Source: Longimicrobiales bacterium (GTDB lineage: Bacteria; Gemmatimonadota; Gemmatimonadetes; Longimicrobiales; Gaopeijiaceae). From it: 64,000 nt of DNA. The stretch is from the NCBI GenBank assembly GCA_965226375.1, contig CBDDCX010000008.1:192001-256000 (forward strand), given 5' to 3'. A program made the translations under genes and the position numbers. Of the stretch, positions 1 to 9,787 are shown piece after piece. A model generated the notes under the pieces. The model ran no database searches and was not told where the DNA came from. It saw nothing but the letters and a program-made list of their open reading frames with translations. Each line of letters starts with the position of its first letter. The stretch's first letter is position 1.

Positions 1-982
1 CCCCTTCGTGACACGCTTGGGCCCTTATGGGGGGTGGCTCACCCGGCAGGTGGGGTCAGAAGGCGGGGTCTCCTTGGCCGACATGGCGTCCAGCGGCACG
101 GCACTGGCCGTGCGCTTCGCGGGGGTGCTCTTTCCAGGTGCCGGCGGACCCTGGGCGGTCATCCTGGCCATCGGGGTCGCGGGAGTGGGCGGGATCGGTC
201 TCTACCGTCTGTCCAGGGAGTCCTGGACTCCGGTCCTGACGGCCGGTCTGATGGTGGTCCTACTCTGGATATGGCCCTACCAGGAGCGCCGGCTGATCAT
301 GCCGGTGGCGCCCCTTTTGGGCCTGATCTTGATCTGTGGGTTCAAGACGGAACTCGGTGCAATGTTCAGGTCGCTCCGGGGAAGCGGTACCGCGATCCCC
401 TCTGGAGCGCCAGCCCCTGCGGACCCGGTGGCTGGGGATGCGCCACGCGCCACGCCCGAGGGGGTCGATCGCCCCGGGCGGCCCGCGAGGGGCCCGTCCG
501 TTCCTACGTTCGCTCTGGGCGGACTGGGTCTGTGCTGGGTCGTCTGGCTCGCGGCGGCGAGCCTTCTCCACCTGAGGGAGGATCGTCACCTCGAGGCCTA
601 CAACGTGCGTTCTCGCATGCTTGCCCGCGCCGTGCTCGCCGTGGAGGGGCGCGTCCCGGAGGATGCCGTGGTGGGCGCTCCGGAACTCTGGGCCGGTCTG
701 GCCCTCCACACGGGCCGCACCGTCGCGCCCAGCGCCAGATTCCATCCCGCGGGCTCAGGCCCGGTCTGGGGAACCACCCATGAGCAGTTCGAAGTCTGGG
801 ACGCCGCCGGCATCGAATACGTGCTGCTGGAAAACGCCGGCCGAGTCCACAAGGACGCCCTGGACGAGCTGGACACCCGCTGCCCCGGCTCCGTAGAGCT
901 CTTAGCCTCCTGGGGAGGAGGCATGCTGGTCCGCCTAGACTGGGACCAGGACTGTCGCGCCCAGGTACTAGCCCCCCCCTGA
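1..982 (+). CDS. Polytopic membrane protein, C-terminal part (possible GT-C/ArnT-like glycosyltransferase); 5'-partial
   Basis: Several hydrophobic helices, a WPYQERRLIMP loop and a soluble C-terminal tail; appears to enter from the window edge. Confidence 0.5.
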   Translation, partial: PFVTRLGPYGGWLTRQVGSEGGVSLADMASSGTALAVRFAGVLFPGAGGPWAVILAIGVAGVGGIGLYRLSRESWTPVLTAGLMVVLLWIWPYQERRLIMPVAPLLGLILICGFKTELGAMFRSLRGSGTAIPSGAPAPADPVAGDAPRATPEGVDRPGRPARGPSVPTFALGGLGLCWVVWLAAASLLHLREDRHLEAYNVRSRMLARAVLAVEGRVPEDAVVGAPELWAGLALHTGRTVAPSARFHPAGSGPVWGTTHEQFEVWDAAGIEYVLLENAGRVHKDALDELDTRCPGSVELLASWGGGMLVRLDWDQDCRAQVLAPP

Positions 983-1098
983 CCCCCGCCCGCGCCGTGC
1001 CGCGCATCACTCTCCCGCCCAAGCCCCCCCGCGCCCTGTCCTACTCTCGCGCCCAAGCCCTCCCCCAAAAAAGGGTAGTGTCGCGATATTTGTGTAAA

Positions 1099-2163
1099 GG
1101 GGGTATTCCCTTAAGTCCACCGACCCCAAGATATAGTGGTTACCGGGGCTCTGCGGGCCGTTTCCCACGTCCGGTGCCGAGGTAAAGGGCCGAAGCTGGC
1201 GTGGGAGCACACTGAACAGCCTGCTCAAGCAAGCGGTAGAACAACAGGCCGCGAGCCCGGGATGTGCGTCGGTTGAAGCGAAAGGTGAACTCGTCCAGAT
1301 AGTAGGGGAGGTGTTCGCGGGCGATCCCTCCTTGGAGGGTTCCGAGGACCCAGCGCTTGAGGAGAGACGCCACCCGATGTACGGCCGACATGAGCACGTG
1401 AGCGGGATCGCCGGAGGTCGAGAGGTTCGTGACCGTGTGGCGAAAGCCCAGTTTGGCGAGTCCCTGATAGCTTGGCCATCCGTCGGTATGCACCGTGCTT
1501 GCCGGTGCGATGCTATCCTTGACGAAGCCTCGCAGAACCGGAGCGGAGAGGTCGGGCACCCAACGCAGCCGTATTCTCCCGATCTTGCGTCCGTCGACCT
1601 CGGCGGCGATCGCGACGATGGCCTTCTTGATCGTCTCGCGGCCCCGCACTCCAGCCTCCACGCCCCCGACATAGCTCTCGTCCACTTGCACAACGCCGCT
1701 CAGCTGGTCGCGATCCGGTCGGACCATGGCCCGGCGGAGCTTGTGGAGCCAGACCCACGCTGTCTTGTAGCTTCCCAGTCCGAGCACGCGCTGGAGCCCG
1801 AGAGCATTGGCTCCGTATTTCTGGCTCGTGAGCTCCCAGGCAGCGAGAAACCACAGACGCAGGGGCGAGCGCGTGCGGTGGAACACGGTTCCCGCCAGCA
1901 CCGAGGTCTGCCTTCGACAGTGTGGGCAGACGAGACGCCCCCGCGATGCTCGCCAGACCTCTCCCAACCCGCCACAGCCCACGCACACAAACCCTTCCGG
2001 CCAGCGCAGACCCTCCACGTACTCCAGGCATGCCGCATCGTCGGGGAAGAACTCGTCCAGCTCCAGCCGCGTACGGGGATAGTCCACGCCGCCACGGAGC
2101 TGAGAAGCCGGAACCGCCATGACCACAACATGTAGTGGGCGGTGGACTTAAGGCAATACCCCC
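1099..2163 (-). mobile_element. IS1595-family insertion sequence
   Basis: TIRs 1099-1121 / 2141-2163 (22/23 match); flanking direct repeat TTTGTGTAAA at 1089-1098 and 2164-2173 (8-bp TTGTGTAA if the ends extend 1 nt). Confidence 0.93.
1140..2126 (-). CDS. IS1595-family transposase
   Basis: Zn-ribbon (RWPEGFVCVGC..CPHC), HTH, DDE motifs VDESY, TDGWPSY, YLDEFTFRFNRR. Confidence 0.95.
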   Translation of the reverse strand: MVMAVPASQLRGGVDYPRTRLELDEFFPDDAACLEYVEGLRWPEGFVCVGCGGLGEVWRASRGRLVCPHCRRQTSVLAGTVFHRTRSPLRLWFLAAWELTSQKYGANALGLQRVLGLGSYKTAWVWLHKLRRAMVRPDRDQLSGVVQVDESYVGGVEAGVRGRETIKKAIVAIAAEVDGRKIGRIRLRWVPDLSAPVLRGFVKDSIAPASTVHTDGWPSYQGLAKLGFRHTVTNLSTSGDPAHVLMSAVHRVASLLKRWVLGTLQGGIAREHLPYYLDEFTFRFNRRTSRARGLLFYRLLEQAVQCAPTPASALYLGTGRGKRPAEPR

Positions 2164-2307
2164 TTTGTGTAAAAGGGGGTGAGGGGTCCGGGGAGGGTGG
2201 ACAGCCCGGGAAAAAGAGAGGAAGCTCCTTGTGAATGTTCATCATGACACGAACCCGGGGAGTCCGGGCCTGCGCCAGCAGGTCCGGAACCGGAAAGGAG
2301 CTTCCTC

Positions 2308-3489
2308 ATGGAAAAGATGGTTGAAGTTGAGCGGGCCACGCAAGAAGAGTTACGGCAGGATTTGAAGTCGTTGTTTCAGGGCGCGATTCGTGTTACGCTC
2401 GAGATGGTGCTGGAGGAGGAGTTGAAAGCGATGGTCGGAGCGCGTCGTTTCGAGCGGGTCGGCAGCCGGAAGGACCACAGGAACGGCACGTACCTCAGGC
2501 GCCTGCTCACGAGCTTGGGTCAGATCGACGTGATGGTGCCGCGCAGCCGGGAAGGCGGCTCGCCCGCCGACGTGATGGGCCGCTACCGGCGCAGGAGTGA
2601 AGAAGTGGACGAGATGATGGTGGAGGCCTACGTGAGCGGTGTGTCGCAGCGCAAGATGGGCGACGTGACTGAAGCACTGCTGGGTGAGCGCGTGGGACGC
2701 TCGACGGTAAGCCGGGTCGCGAAGCGGCTCGATGGGGCTGTAGAAGCGCTGCGGAGCGCACCCATCGAGGGGCCTCACCCCTATCTGTATCTGGACGCGA
2801 CGTTCCTCGATGCGCGCTGGGCCAGGAAGGTCGAGAACGTGAGCGCGCTCGTGGCCTACGCGGTGGATCCGGACGGTCACCGCCGGCTCCTGGCCATCAC
2901 GCTAGGCCCTGAGGAGTCAGAGGACAGTTGGTCGGAGCTCCTCGAGCAGCTCCTGGAGCGAGGTCTCAGCGGCGTCGAACTGGTGATCGCCGACAAGCAC
3001 GCGGGCCTGGCAGCTGCGGTGCGCCGCTTCCTGCCTGAGGTGCGCCGTCAGCGCTGCACCGTGCACCTGCAACGCAACGTGCTGGCCAAGGTCCCGCATC
3101 GCCTGCGCAAGCGTGTGGCGCGCGAGGTTGCCGCCGTCTTCCGGGCCCCCGGGCTCGCTGAGGCGAAGAAGCGCCTGGCCGAGATCACGACGCGCTGGCA
3201 AGAGGAGCTCCCCGAGGCAATGAAGGTGCTCGAGCGGGGCTTCACGGCCGCCACCCAGTTCTACGCGTTCCCCGAGCCCCACTGGGCCAGGCTACGCACC
3301 ACGAACAGCCTCGAGCGCCTGCACACCGAGATCAAGCGTCGGATCCGGAGCGCCGGCGCCTTCCCCGACCGAGCCAGTGCGCTCCGCCTCATCACCGCGG
3401 TTGCTCTGAAGACTACTGCGGTCTGGAGCGAACGCCGCTACCTCGATCTCACGCTTCTCGAACCCAAGGAGGTCGCCAAGGCAGCCTAA
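2308..3489 (+). CDS. IS256-family (mutator-type) transposase
   Basis: RNG..R, YLYLDAT, IADKHAGL, QRCTVH, RTTNSLERLHTEIKRR motifs; AGGAG RBS. Confidence 0.95.
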   Translation: MEKMVEVERATQEELRQDLKSLFQGAIRVTLEMVLEEELKAMVGARRFERVGSRKDHRNGTYLRRLLTSLGQIDVMVPRSREGGSPADVMGRYRRRSEEVDEMMVEAYVSGVSQRKMGDVTEALLGERVGRSTVSRVAKRLDGAVEALRSAPIEGPHPYLYLDATFLDARWARKVENVSALVAYAVDPDGHRRLLAITLGPEESEDSWSELLEQLLERGLSGVELVIADKHAGLAAAVRRFLPEVRRQRCTVHLQRNVLAKVPHRLRKRVAREVAAVFRAPGLAEAKKRLAEITTRWQEELPEAMKVLERGFTAATQFYAFPEPHWARLRTTNSLERLHTEIKRRIRSAGAFPDRASALRLITAVALKTTAVWSERRYLDLTLLEPKEVAKAA

Positions 3490-3544
3490 CCGAAGCATCG
3501 AGGAGCTTCCTCTCACTTTTACACACAACTCGGGACTTGACCGG

Positions 3545-3865
3545 TTAAGTCCTCCGGATAGCAGTACCGACGCCGGCGGCGGTCCAGGCCAATACGGTCG
3601 GGAACAGCACCGTCACTATCAGTAGCGTCCAGCCCGGCAATCCCATCACGGCACCGAGCGACTCCGAAAGCTCCGCCAGCGGACCCTCGAACCAATTCCA
3701 TAGCATCAGGGCGCTCCACGCGAGGAACGCGCTGATCCCTGCGGTCGCACCTGCACGCCGTTCGCCAGTCCACACTCCGTAGGCCAGTCCCAGGACAGGC
3801 ACGCTCCACCACCCGACCACGGCGGTACCCAGCGCCAACGCACCGGTCAGGATCATCAAAGTCAT
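3545..3865 (-). CDS. Small membrane protein (3-4 TM)
   Basis: Hydrophobic 106-aa ORF whose start overlaps the acylase stop. Confidence 0.7.
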   Translation of the reverse strand: MTLMILTGALALGTAVVGWWSVPVLGLAYGVWTGERRAGATAGISAFLAWSALMLWNWFEGPLAELSESLGAVMGLPGWTLLIVTVLFPTVLAWTAAGVGTAIRRT

Positions 3866-6381
3866 CGTCTGCTCTCCGGTCGCAGAATCGCTTCTGCCCT
3901 GGAAAGGTCCGTGATGTCTTCCGCGCTCCTCGGAAAACGCAGAGGCTGGAGTTTCCCTTTGACCCAGTCGTCGATCCGATCCAGGTAGGCCTGGCTCAAG
4001 GGGTGGCCCGACTGTCCGCCCGGATAGGTGCCGCGTCCCTCGACCTCGTCGCCGAGCTCTACGACCATGCGCCAGCTCGCACCGTTCCTACCGTTGCCCG
4101 TGTTGGGATTCAACGTCTCGGGCCCACCGCGAATCGGGAGATTCAGCACCGAGAACGCCGACATCCCCAAAAAGTGGACGACGTTGGCGTTGGCCACGCG
4201 GCTCCAGGTCCAGCCCTCCTCGGTTTCGGCACCGTAGGCATCCCGGGCCGCCCGTAGCGCCGCGTCCAGGGAGGAGTTCAGGATGTCGTCTCTCCCTTCG
4301 ACCACATCAGGGGTGGACTGGTCGTCCCACCAGGCGTTGGTCGGGTCGGCGAGGAGCGCGGCAAGGATCGCGGTCCTTGGCGTGGCGACCCGCCGGCCAC
4401 CGGTGTCAGCGAGCTCGTCCCAGGTACGGCCGGCGAGGTCGTTCATGGCCAGCTCGAACAAGGCGGCACGGGTATTGTCCTTGGTGTAAAGCCGATCCCA
4501 CTCGGCCAATAGCCGTCCGGCCTCAGACATCCCCGCTTCCTCCGCGGCCCCTCGGTCAGTCGCCTGGCCCGACCTCCCACGCGCCGCCTCGAGGAAGGCT
4601 TCCACGAACACGTCCGCTCGGGGGCTTCCGGGGTCGGTCTGGAATCGGGACAGCTCAGTCGCCGTGAAGACGGAGTCGGCCCGGAGTAGCTGATTGATCC
4701 GCATGGCTCGCCATGGCGACGGCCAGTTCGCTCCCAGGTACCTGGGGTTGTCCTCGGGGTCCACCGGTTGCTGGTTGCTCGACGTGAGGTATCCCTGGAC
4801 CGGATTCACGGACCCCGGGTAGCTCGAAACCGGGTACCAGCCCTGCCAATCGTTGCTCGACGTTGCCCCGTCGAAAGCCCAGTCTCCCCGCGCCCCGGGC
4901 GGACGAATCGGATATCGACCCGTAGACCGTATGGCGATGTTCCCCTGCCGGTCGGCCACCAGGCCGTTCTGGGTCGGTGCCACCCAGCTTTCCATGGCCG
5001 ACATCCACTCGTCCACAGAACGGGCTCGATTGATGTCGAGAAGGGCCGAGAGCTCGCCCTGGTCCTCGAGCACCGTCCAGCGAAGGGACACGTACTGACC
5101 GGAGTCGCGGCTCACCGGACCTCGGTGCGAGTGCAGGATCGTGTCCACGGCGAGCACGGAGCCGTCCGGCGCTCGATACGTCTCGATTCGTTCCTCGAAC
5201 GGACGCCACTCACCGTCCAGCAGATAACTCCTTGGGCGCTCGGCGTCGTCGACGGTCTCTCGGTACAGGTCCATGACATCGGACCCAGTGTTTGTAAAGG
5301 TCCAGGCCAGATCGCGATTGAACCCGATCGTAATCGTGGGGGTGCCGGGGACGGTCACGCCGTAGACATCCAGCTCGCCAGGGACCACCAGATGGGCCTC
5401 ATACCAGATGCTGGGCAACGTGAAGTCGAGGTGGGGATCGCCGGCGAGGATGGCGTGTCCTTCGGCGGACCGCGACGGCCCGATGGCCCAGTTGTTGGAG
5501 CCCAGAACCGTTTCGCCGTCGTCGTTTCCGCCGGAGTCCACGGGACCGAGGAACGTTTGCAGAGTCGCTGACTGGATGATCATCTCGAGATCGGACTCGC
5601 CCGGCGGCGGCAGGGTGATCGGCTCGAAGCGGGCTTCTCGTAGACCGTTCGGCTGGATCGGCTCCTGGATCGGGGCGTTCACGGGGAATAGCCCGTCGGC
5701 CGCCTCGCGACCCACCAGCGCCGCCGCCGCCGTCTTACGACGCTCGGTGTTGATCATCGCCAAGGTCCAGCCCATCCGCTTGAGCAGGTACAGCGAGTGC
5801 TGGGGCTGCCAGGCCGTGGGCGCACGGCCCAGCAGGTGATACTCCAGCGGGACCTCTGACGGGGACATCGCCCGCATCCACGCATTGACGCCGTCGGCAT
5901 ACGCGTCGAGATGGGTCGTGAGCTCCGACCCGGGCTCCACCCTCGAATAGTCCCGCTCCGCCGACCACGCGAGCGCCAGCTGTCGGGATTGCCGATCGGC
6001 CTCCAAGGCGACCACGCCCACGAGCTCCGTCAATGTGCCAGCGGTGGCTCGTGTCTGTAGCTCGAGCTGAAAGAGACGATCGCGGGCTACCGCATAACCG
6101 AGGCCGCGCACAACGTCCACCACGCTCTCGGCAAAGATGTGAGGGACCCTTCTGTCGTCGTAGACGATGCGGACGTCACCTGAGAGTCCGGGCACGGTAT
6201 GTGTGACCGTGGCCGGCAGGGTGGCGCTCCTGGCGCTGGACCAGACGCCTTTCACCGGGTCGAGGAAGGACCCTAGCGCGGGGACCGGCCCCACGGGCCG
6301 GGCTCCGACGTACAAGCAGACCGCGAGCAGGGCGGCGCTGACCACCGTACCGACGGTGGACCCCGAACGCCGCTCACTCAC
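3862..6381 (-). CDS. Penicillin acylase family (Ntn-hydrolase, S45) protein
   Basis: VPHIFA, DRLFQLEL, GSNNWAIG nucleophile, DPHL, PGGQSG motifs; N-terminal TM. Confidence 0.92.
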   Translation of the reverse strand: MSERRSGSTVGTVVSAALLAVCLYVGARPVGPVPALGSFLDPVKGVWSSARSATLPATVTHTVPGLSGDVRIVYDDRRVPHIFAESVVDVVRGLGYAVARDRLFQLELQTRATAGTLTELVGVVALEADRQSRQLALAWSAERDYSRVEPGSELTTHLDAYADGVNAWMRAMSPSEVPLEYHLLGRAPTAWQPQHSLYLLKRMGWTLAMINTERRKTAAAALVGREAADGLFPVNAPIQEPIQPNGLREARFEPITLPPPGESDLEMIIQSATLQTFLGPVDSGGNDDGETVLGSNNWAIGPSRSAEGHAILAGDPHLDFTLPSIWYEAHLVVPGELDVYGVTVPGTPTITIGFNRDLAWTFTNTGSDVMDLYRETVDDAERPRSYLLDGEWRPFEERIETYRAPDGSVLAVDTILHSHRGPVSRDSGQYVSLRWTVLEDQGELSALLDINRARSVDEWMSAMESWVAPTQNGLVADRQGNIAIRSTGRYPIRPPGARGDWAFDGATSSNDWQGWYPVSSYPGSVNPVQGYLTSSNQQPVDPEDNPRYLGANWPSPWRAMRINQLLRADSVFTATELSRFQTDPGSPRADVFVEAFLEAARGRSGQATDRGAAEEAGMSEAGRLLAEWDRLYTKDNTRAALFELAMNDLAGRTWDELADTGGRRVATPRTAILAALLADPTNAWWDDQSTPDVVEGRDDILNSSLDAALRAARDAYGAETEEGWTWSRVANANVVHFLGMSAFSVLNLPIRGGPETLNPNTGNGRNGASWRMVVELGDEVEGRGTYPGGQSGHPLSQAYLDRIDDWVKGKLQPLRFPRSAEDITDLSRAEAILRPESRR

Positions 6382-6796
6382 CGACGAGGCTCACCACGAT
6401 CTGCCGATGTCGGGGCCGCGTGTCCAGATCCACGAGGACCACCTGCTGCCACGTGCCGAGGGGCAGCGAGCCCTCGACGATGGGAAGTGCCAGGGATGGT
6501 CCGATGAGGCTGGCCCGCACGTGGCTGTGACCATTGTCGTCGTGCCACATCTTCTCGTGCTCGTAACTGCCGTCCCGTGGGGCGAGCCGCTCGAGCGCCG
6601 CGGCGATGTCGTGGCCCACGAGGCCGGGCTCGTACTCTAGGGTGGTGAGGGCGGCCGTGGAGCCAACGACCATTGCCGTCAGCTGCCCCGTGGCGATGCC
6701 GCTCTCGAGCACCAACGCCTGAAGGTCCGCCGTCACGTCCAGGATTTGATCGTTCCCCTCCGTCCGAAGTTCCACGGTGTGCGTGAGGGCGGTCAT
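6374..6796 (-). CDS. yjbQ: YjbQ/UPF0047 family protein
   Basis: GSTAALTTLEYEPG, NGHSHVRASLIG, LGTWQQV motifs. Confidence 0.88.
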   Translation of the reverse strand: MTALTHTVELRTEGNDQILDVTADLQALVLESGIATGQLTAMVVGSTAALTTLEYEPGLVGHDIAAALERLAPRDGSYEHEKMWHDDNGHSHVRASLIGPSLALPIVEGSLPLGTWQQVVLVDLDTRPRHRQIVVSLVGE

Positions 6797-6830
6797 TCCG
6801 ATGCTGGCGTCACGCCGTTACAGCGGAACA

Positions 6831-7040
6831 CTACGGACGGACCTCAGCCTGGTAGCCCGCGGCCTCTACAGCGGCGACGAGATCGGCGTCCGGCATATCC
6901 ACGGAGAGCGTGATTTTGGCCTGGTTATCCTCGAGCGATACGTCTGCCAGCGTCACACCATCCAGGCCTTCGAGGGCCGACTTCACGTGGCTTACGCAGT
7001 GTCCGCAGGACATTCCGGTAATCCCGAGTGTCTTGGTCAT
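6831..7040 (-). CDS. Heavy-metal-associated (CopZ-like) chaperone
   Basis: GMSCGHC motif, 69 aa, ends AGY. Confidence 0.9.
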   Translation of the reverse strand: MTKTLGITGMSCGHCVSHVKSALEGLDGVTLADVSLEDNQAKITLSVDMPDADLVAAVEAAGYQAEVRP

Positions 7041-7172
7041 GAGAGTTCCTACTGGGTTGTCGTTTCGGCTCTGGCGACGGGAGGCTAGTGTGTTGTGATG
7101 GGCGCTTCCCGACACGGGGCGGCCCGGTATCGACCACATCCCAAGTCTACTCGATAACGCCAGACCAGTCAC

Positions 7173-7871
7173 ATGACGTCACTCATTCGGTGGCTCCTGA
7201 CGGGTGCCAGTGGGGTCTGCGTCGTGCTGGCGCTGAAGTATGTAATCGTGGACTTCAGGGTTTCGCGCGACCGTATCCATGCCGTTTTCGGTGCCGCGGC
7301 CCTATCGATCGCGGCCTATGCGTACGCCGCGCTCGGCGTCTACCGGTCGATTGCGATAGAAGGCTATGTGTCCGCCGTGCGGATCCACGTCTCTTTCGCG
7401 GTCCTGGCCTATCTATCCTTGGCGTGGTTCTCGGCGCTTCGGACACGTAAGGTGCCCGGCTGGCTTCTCTGGACGGCCACAGGCGTCTCCGCGGTTGTCG
7501 TCGCCTGGAATGTATTCTCCTCGCAAACTCTCTTGTTCGTCGGGGTCATCGAAGTCCAGGGCGTCTTGCTCCCGTGGGGCGAGGTGATCGTCCAGGCCGT
7601 CGCTATCCCCTCCGCCTGGTCCCATGTGGTGGAGCTGCTGACCTTCGCGCTCTATGGAATGTGCGCGTACGCCTGGTGGGGAGACTCGGATGATGGCGAG
7701 CCCGGCCCGGCACTTCCGGTCGCCGGCGCGATGGCGGTGCTTCTCGCGGCCATGCTGGTGGAAGTGGCGGATCCGAGGGTGGTGCCCATGCTGCCTGCCG
7801 ACGAGCTGGGCCTGTTCGTACTTCTGTCGGTTCTGGCGTGGACTACCCGCGCAGTACCCACCAGCCGATGA
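7173..7871 (+). CDS. Membrane protein resembling a stand-alone 7TM sensor module
   Basis: About 7 hydrophobic segments; no catalytic domain. Confidence 0.55.
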   Translation: MTSLIRWLLTGASGVCVVLALKYVIVDFRVSRDRIHAVFGAAALSIAAYAYAALGVYRSIAIEGYVSAVRIHVSFAVLAYLSLAWFSALRTRKVPGWLLWTATGVSAVVVAWNVFSSQTLLFVGVIEVQGVLLPWGEVIVQAVAIPSAWSHVVELLTFALYGMCAYAWWGDSDDGEPGPALPVAGAMAVLLAAMLVEVADPRVVPMLPADELGLFVLLSVLAWTTRAVPTSR

Positions 7872-9113
7872 CGGCGGCGAAGAGTAGGGCCGCTCCCAAG
7901 AAGCTGAACTGAAGTGCGAGCATCTTGGCCCGGGCACCCTTGGGCAACACCGACTCTGTGCGTCGCACTCCCTTGCTGGTGATGTCGAACATCCACGCGA
8001 TCACCAGGGCCACCGGGAAGCCACCCAGGGCCAGAGCGACCAGGACCCTATGCGTGTTCGCGGGCACGGGAAGTGACTCGAGGGTCAAGTCCGCCGCACC
8101 CAAGACGCCTCCCGCCACGAGGACGTAGAACACGGCCACGTTGTAGACATGGCGTCGCCGAAGTTCTCCCAGGAAGCTTTGGAGGGCCGGAATTTGCTGA
8201 ACGCCGCCCGACTGCGCGCCGTCGGCAGCCGATCGGGATCCGGGGTCTGCTTGGGGATCCAGGAGCTGCTCAAGCGTCTTCGCCACCTCAGACGCCCGGG
8301 GCCGATGCATCGGCTTCTTGGCGAGACAGCGAATAAGCAGTTGCTCCAGGCCTGCGTCGGCGTCGGGACGCAGTTGCCGTAGCGGAATGGGCTCCTTCTC
8401 GAGGTGGGCCGTGGCGATCTGGACCTTCGACGTGGCCGGGTAGGCGTGCTCGAGCGTCAGCACCTCGTACGCGAGGATCCCCAGGCTGTAGACGTCCGAC
8501 TCCTCGGTGAGAGGATCACCCAACAACTGCTCCGGGCTCATGTAACGCGGATCTCCAAGGAGCTGCCCTTGTTGCGTGAGCCGAGTGACGCTGTCCGAGC
8601 CCGTATCGAGGATGCCGGCGATTCCGAGTCGGTGAGGACCACCCGGTCGGAGTCTTTCTCCCGCACCACGTTGGCAGGCCTCACGTCTCGGTGCACGATG
8701 CCGTTCTCGTGCGCAGCCGCCAGGGCGGAAGCCACCTGGCTGAGGACGTGGCAGGCCTGCTCGACGCCCATCGCACCCTCGGCCTGTAGCGCGTCGTCGA
8801 GATTCCGTCCCTCGATGTGCTCCATGACAAAGAACGGCGTTTCGTCTTCGAGGGTCCCGACGCGGTGCACCGTTGCCACGTTGTTGTGATGGATCTTTGC
8901 CGCAGACCGGGCTTCTCTGGCAAAGCGCTTCCATGCGGTTTCGTCTCCCGCCAGTTGGGGCTTCATCACCTTGATGGCCACCATGCGCGTCAGTGCAGTC
9001 TCCCGGGCGAGGTATACGTTCGCCATGGAACCCTCTCCCAGAAGACGTATGATCTGGAAGTCGGGAGCCAGCTCGGACTGGAGTTGGGTTTGACGTTCTA
9101 GGTCGCTCATCAC
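7843..9113 (-). pseudogene. Ser/Thr protein kinase with C-terminal TM helices, frameshifted in the DFG motif
   Basis: LGEGSMANVY, VAIK, HRDVRPAN in ORF 8538-9113; GDPRYMSPEQ, SDVYSLG in ORF ending 7843; GAC-TC-GGA-ATC at 8630-8620 lacks one T. Confidence 0.85.
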
Positions 9114-9313
9114 GCACGGTCGATAGGGATTCTGGATTCACGTCGAAGCAGAATGTCCCATGCGGGCACGTCTGAGGCAATAAGGCCGCCGTCCACCCCC
9201 ATCCGTCGGGGAATACCCCACGTTATCTTGCGGCTCATCCCGGACAGCCGGGAACATCGGATGGTGACATCGTATAACTGGTAGTCAAGTTCTTCCTGGT
9301 GAGGAGAGATCAC

Positions 9314-9787
9314 ATGCTCAAGAAGAGAATCACGGCTCTGGCTGGAGGGGGCGCCTTCGCGCTGATCATTGCCGCACTTCTCTCGTGGTATACACCGGCC
9401 ACAGCTACGGCCGGTACCGTAACGGTCTACAAGAATCCGTCCTGCGCTTGTTGTGGAGCCTGGGTGGATCACATGCGCGCGGCCGGCTTCGAGCTCGACG
9501 TTCGCGACGTCAACGACCTTCAGTCGATCAAGACCGAGAATGGTGTAACGCCTCGACTCGGATCCTGTCACACGGGGTTGGTTGATGGTTACGTGATCGA
9601 AGGACACGTACCCGCCGATCTGGTGCAAAAGATGTTGACCGAGAAACCGGAGATCGCCGGTCTGTCTGTGCCGGGAATGGTGGTGGGCAGCCCGGGAATG
9701 GAAGTCCCGGGCCAGCCGGCGCAGCCGTACGACGTCATCGCGTTCGACGCCAACGGAAAGACAGCCGTCTACGCCAATGTGCGCTAG
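9314..9787 (+). CDS. DUF411 (CopG-like) periplasmic metal-binding protein
   Basis: Signal peptide; YKNPSCACC, SCHT, IEGHVPA, PGMVVGSPGME; GAGGAG RBS. Confidence 0.9.
   Translation: MLKKRITALAGGGAFALIIAALLSWYTPATATAGTVTVYKNPSCACCGAWVDHMRAAGFELDVRDVNDLQSIKTENGVTPRLGSCHTGLVDGYVIEGHVPADLVQKMLTEKPEIAGLSVPGMVVGSPGMEVPGQPAQPYDVIAFDANGKTAVYANVR

Larger units (their letters stand above)
1074..3542 (+). mobile_element. IS256-family element whose left IR is interrupted by an IS1595 element
   Basis: Reconstituted left end GGTAGTGTCGCGATATTTGTGTAAAAG (1074-1098 + 2174-2175) matches the reverse complement of 3516-3542 at 20/27; encloses the IS256 transposase; no flanking TSD seen. Confidence 0.8.
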
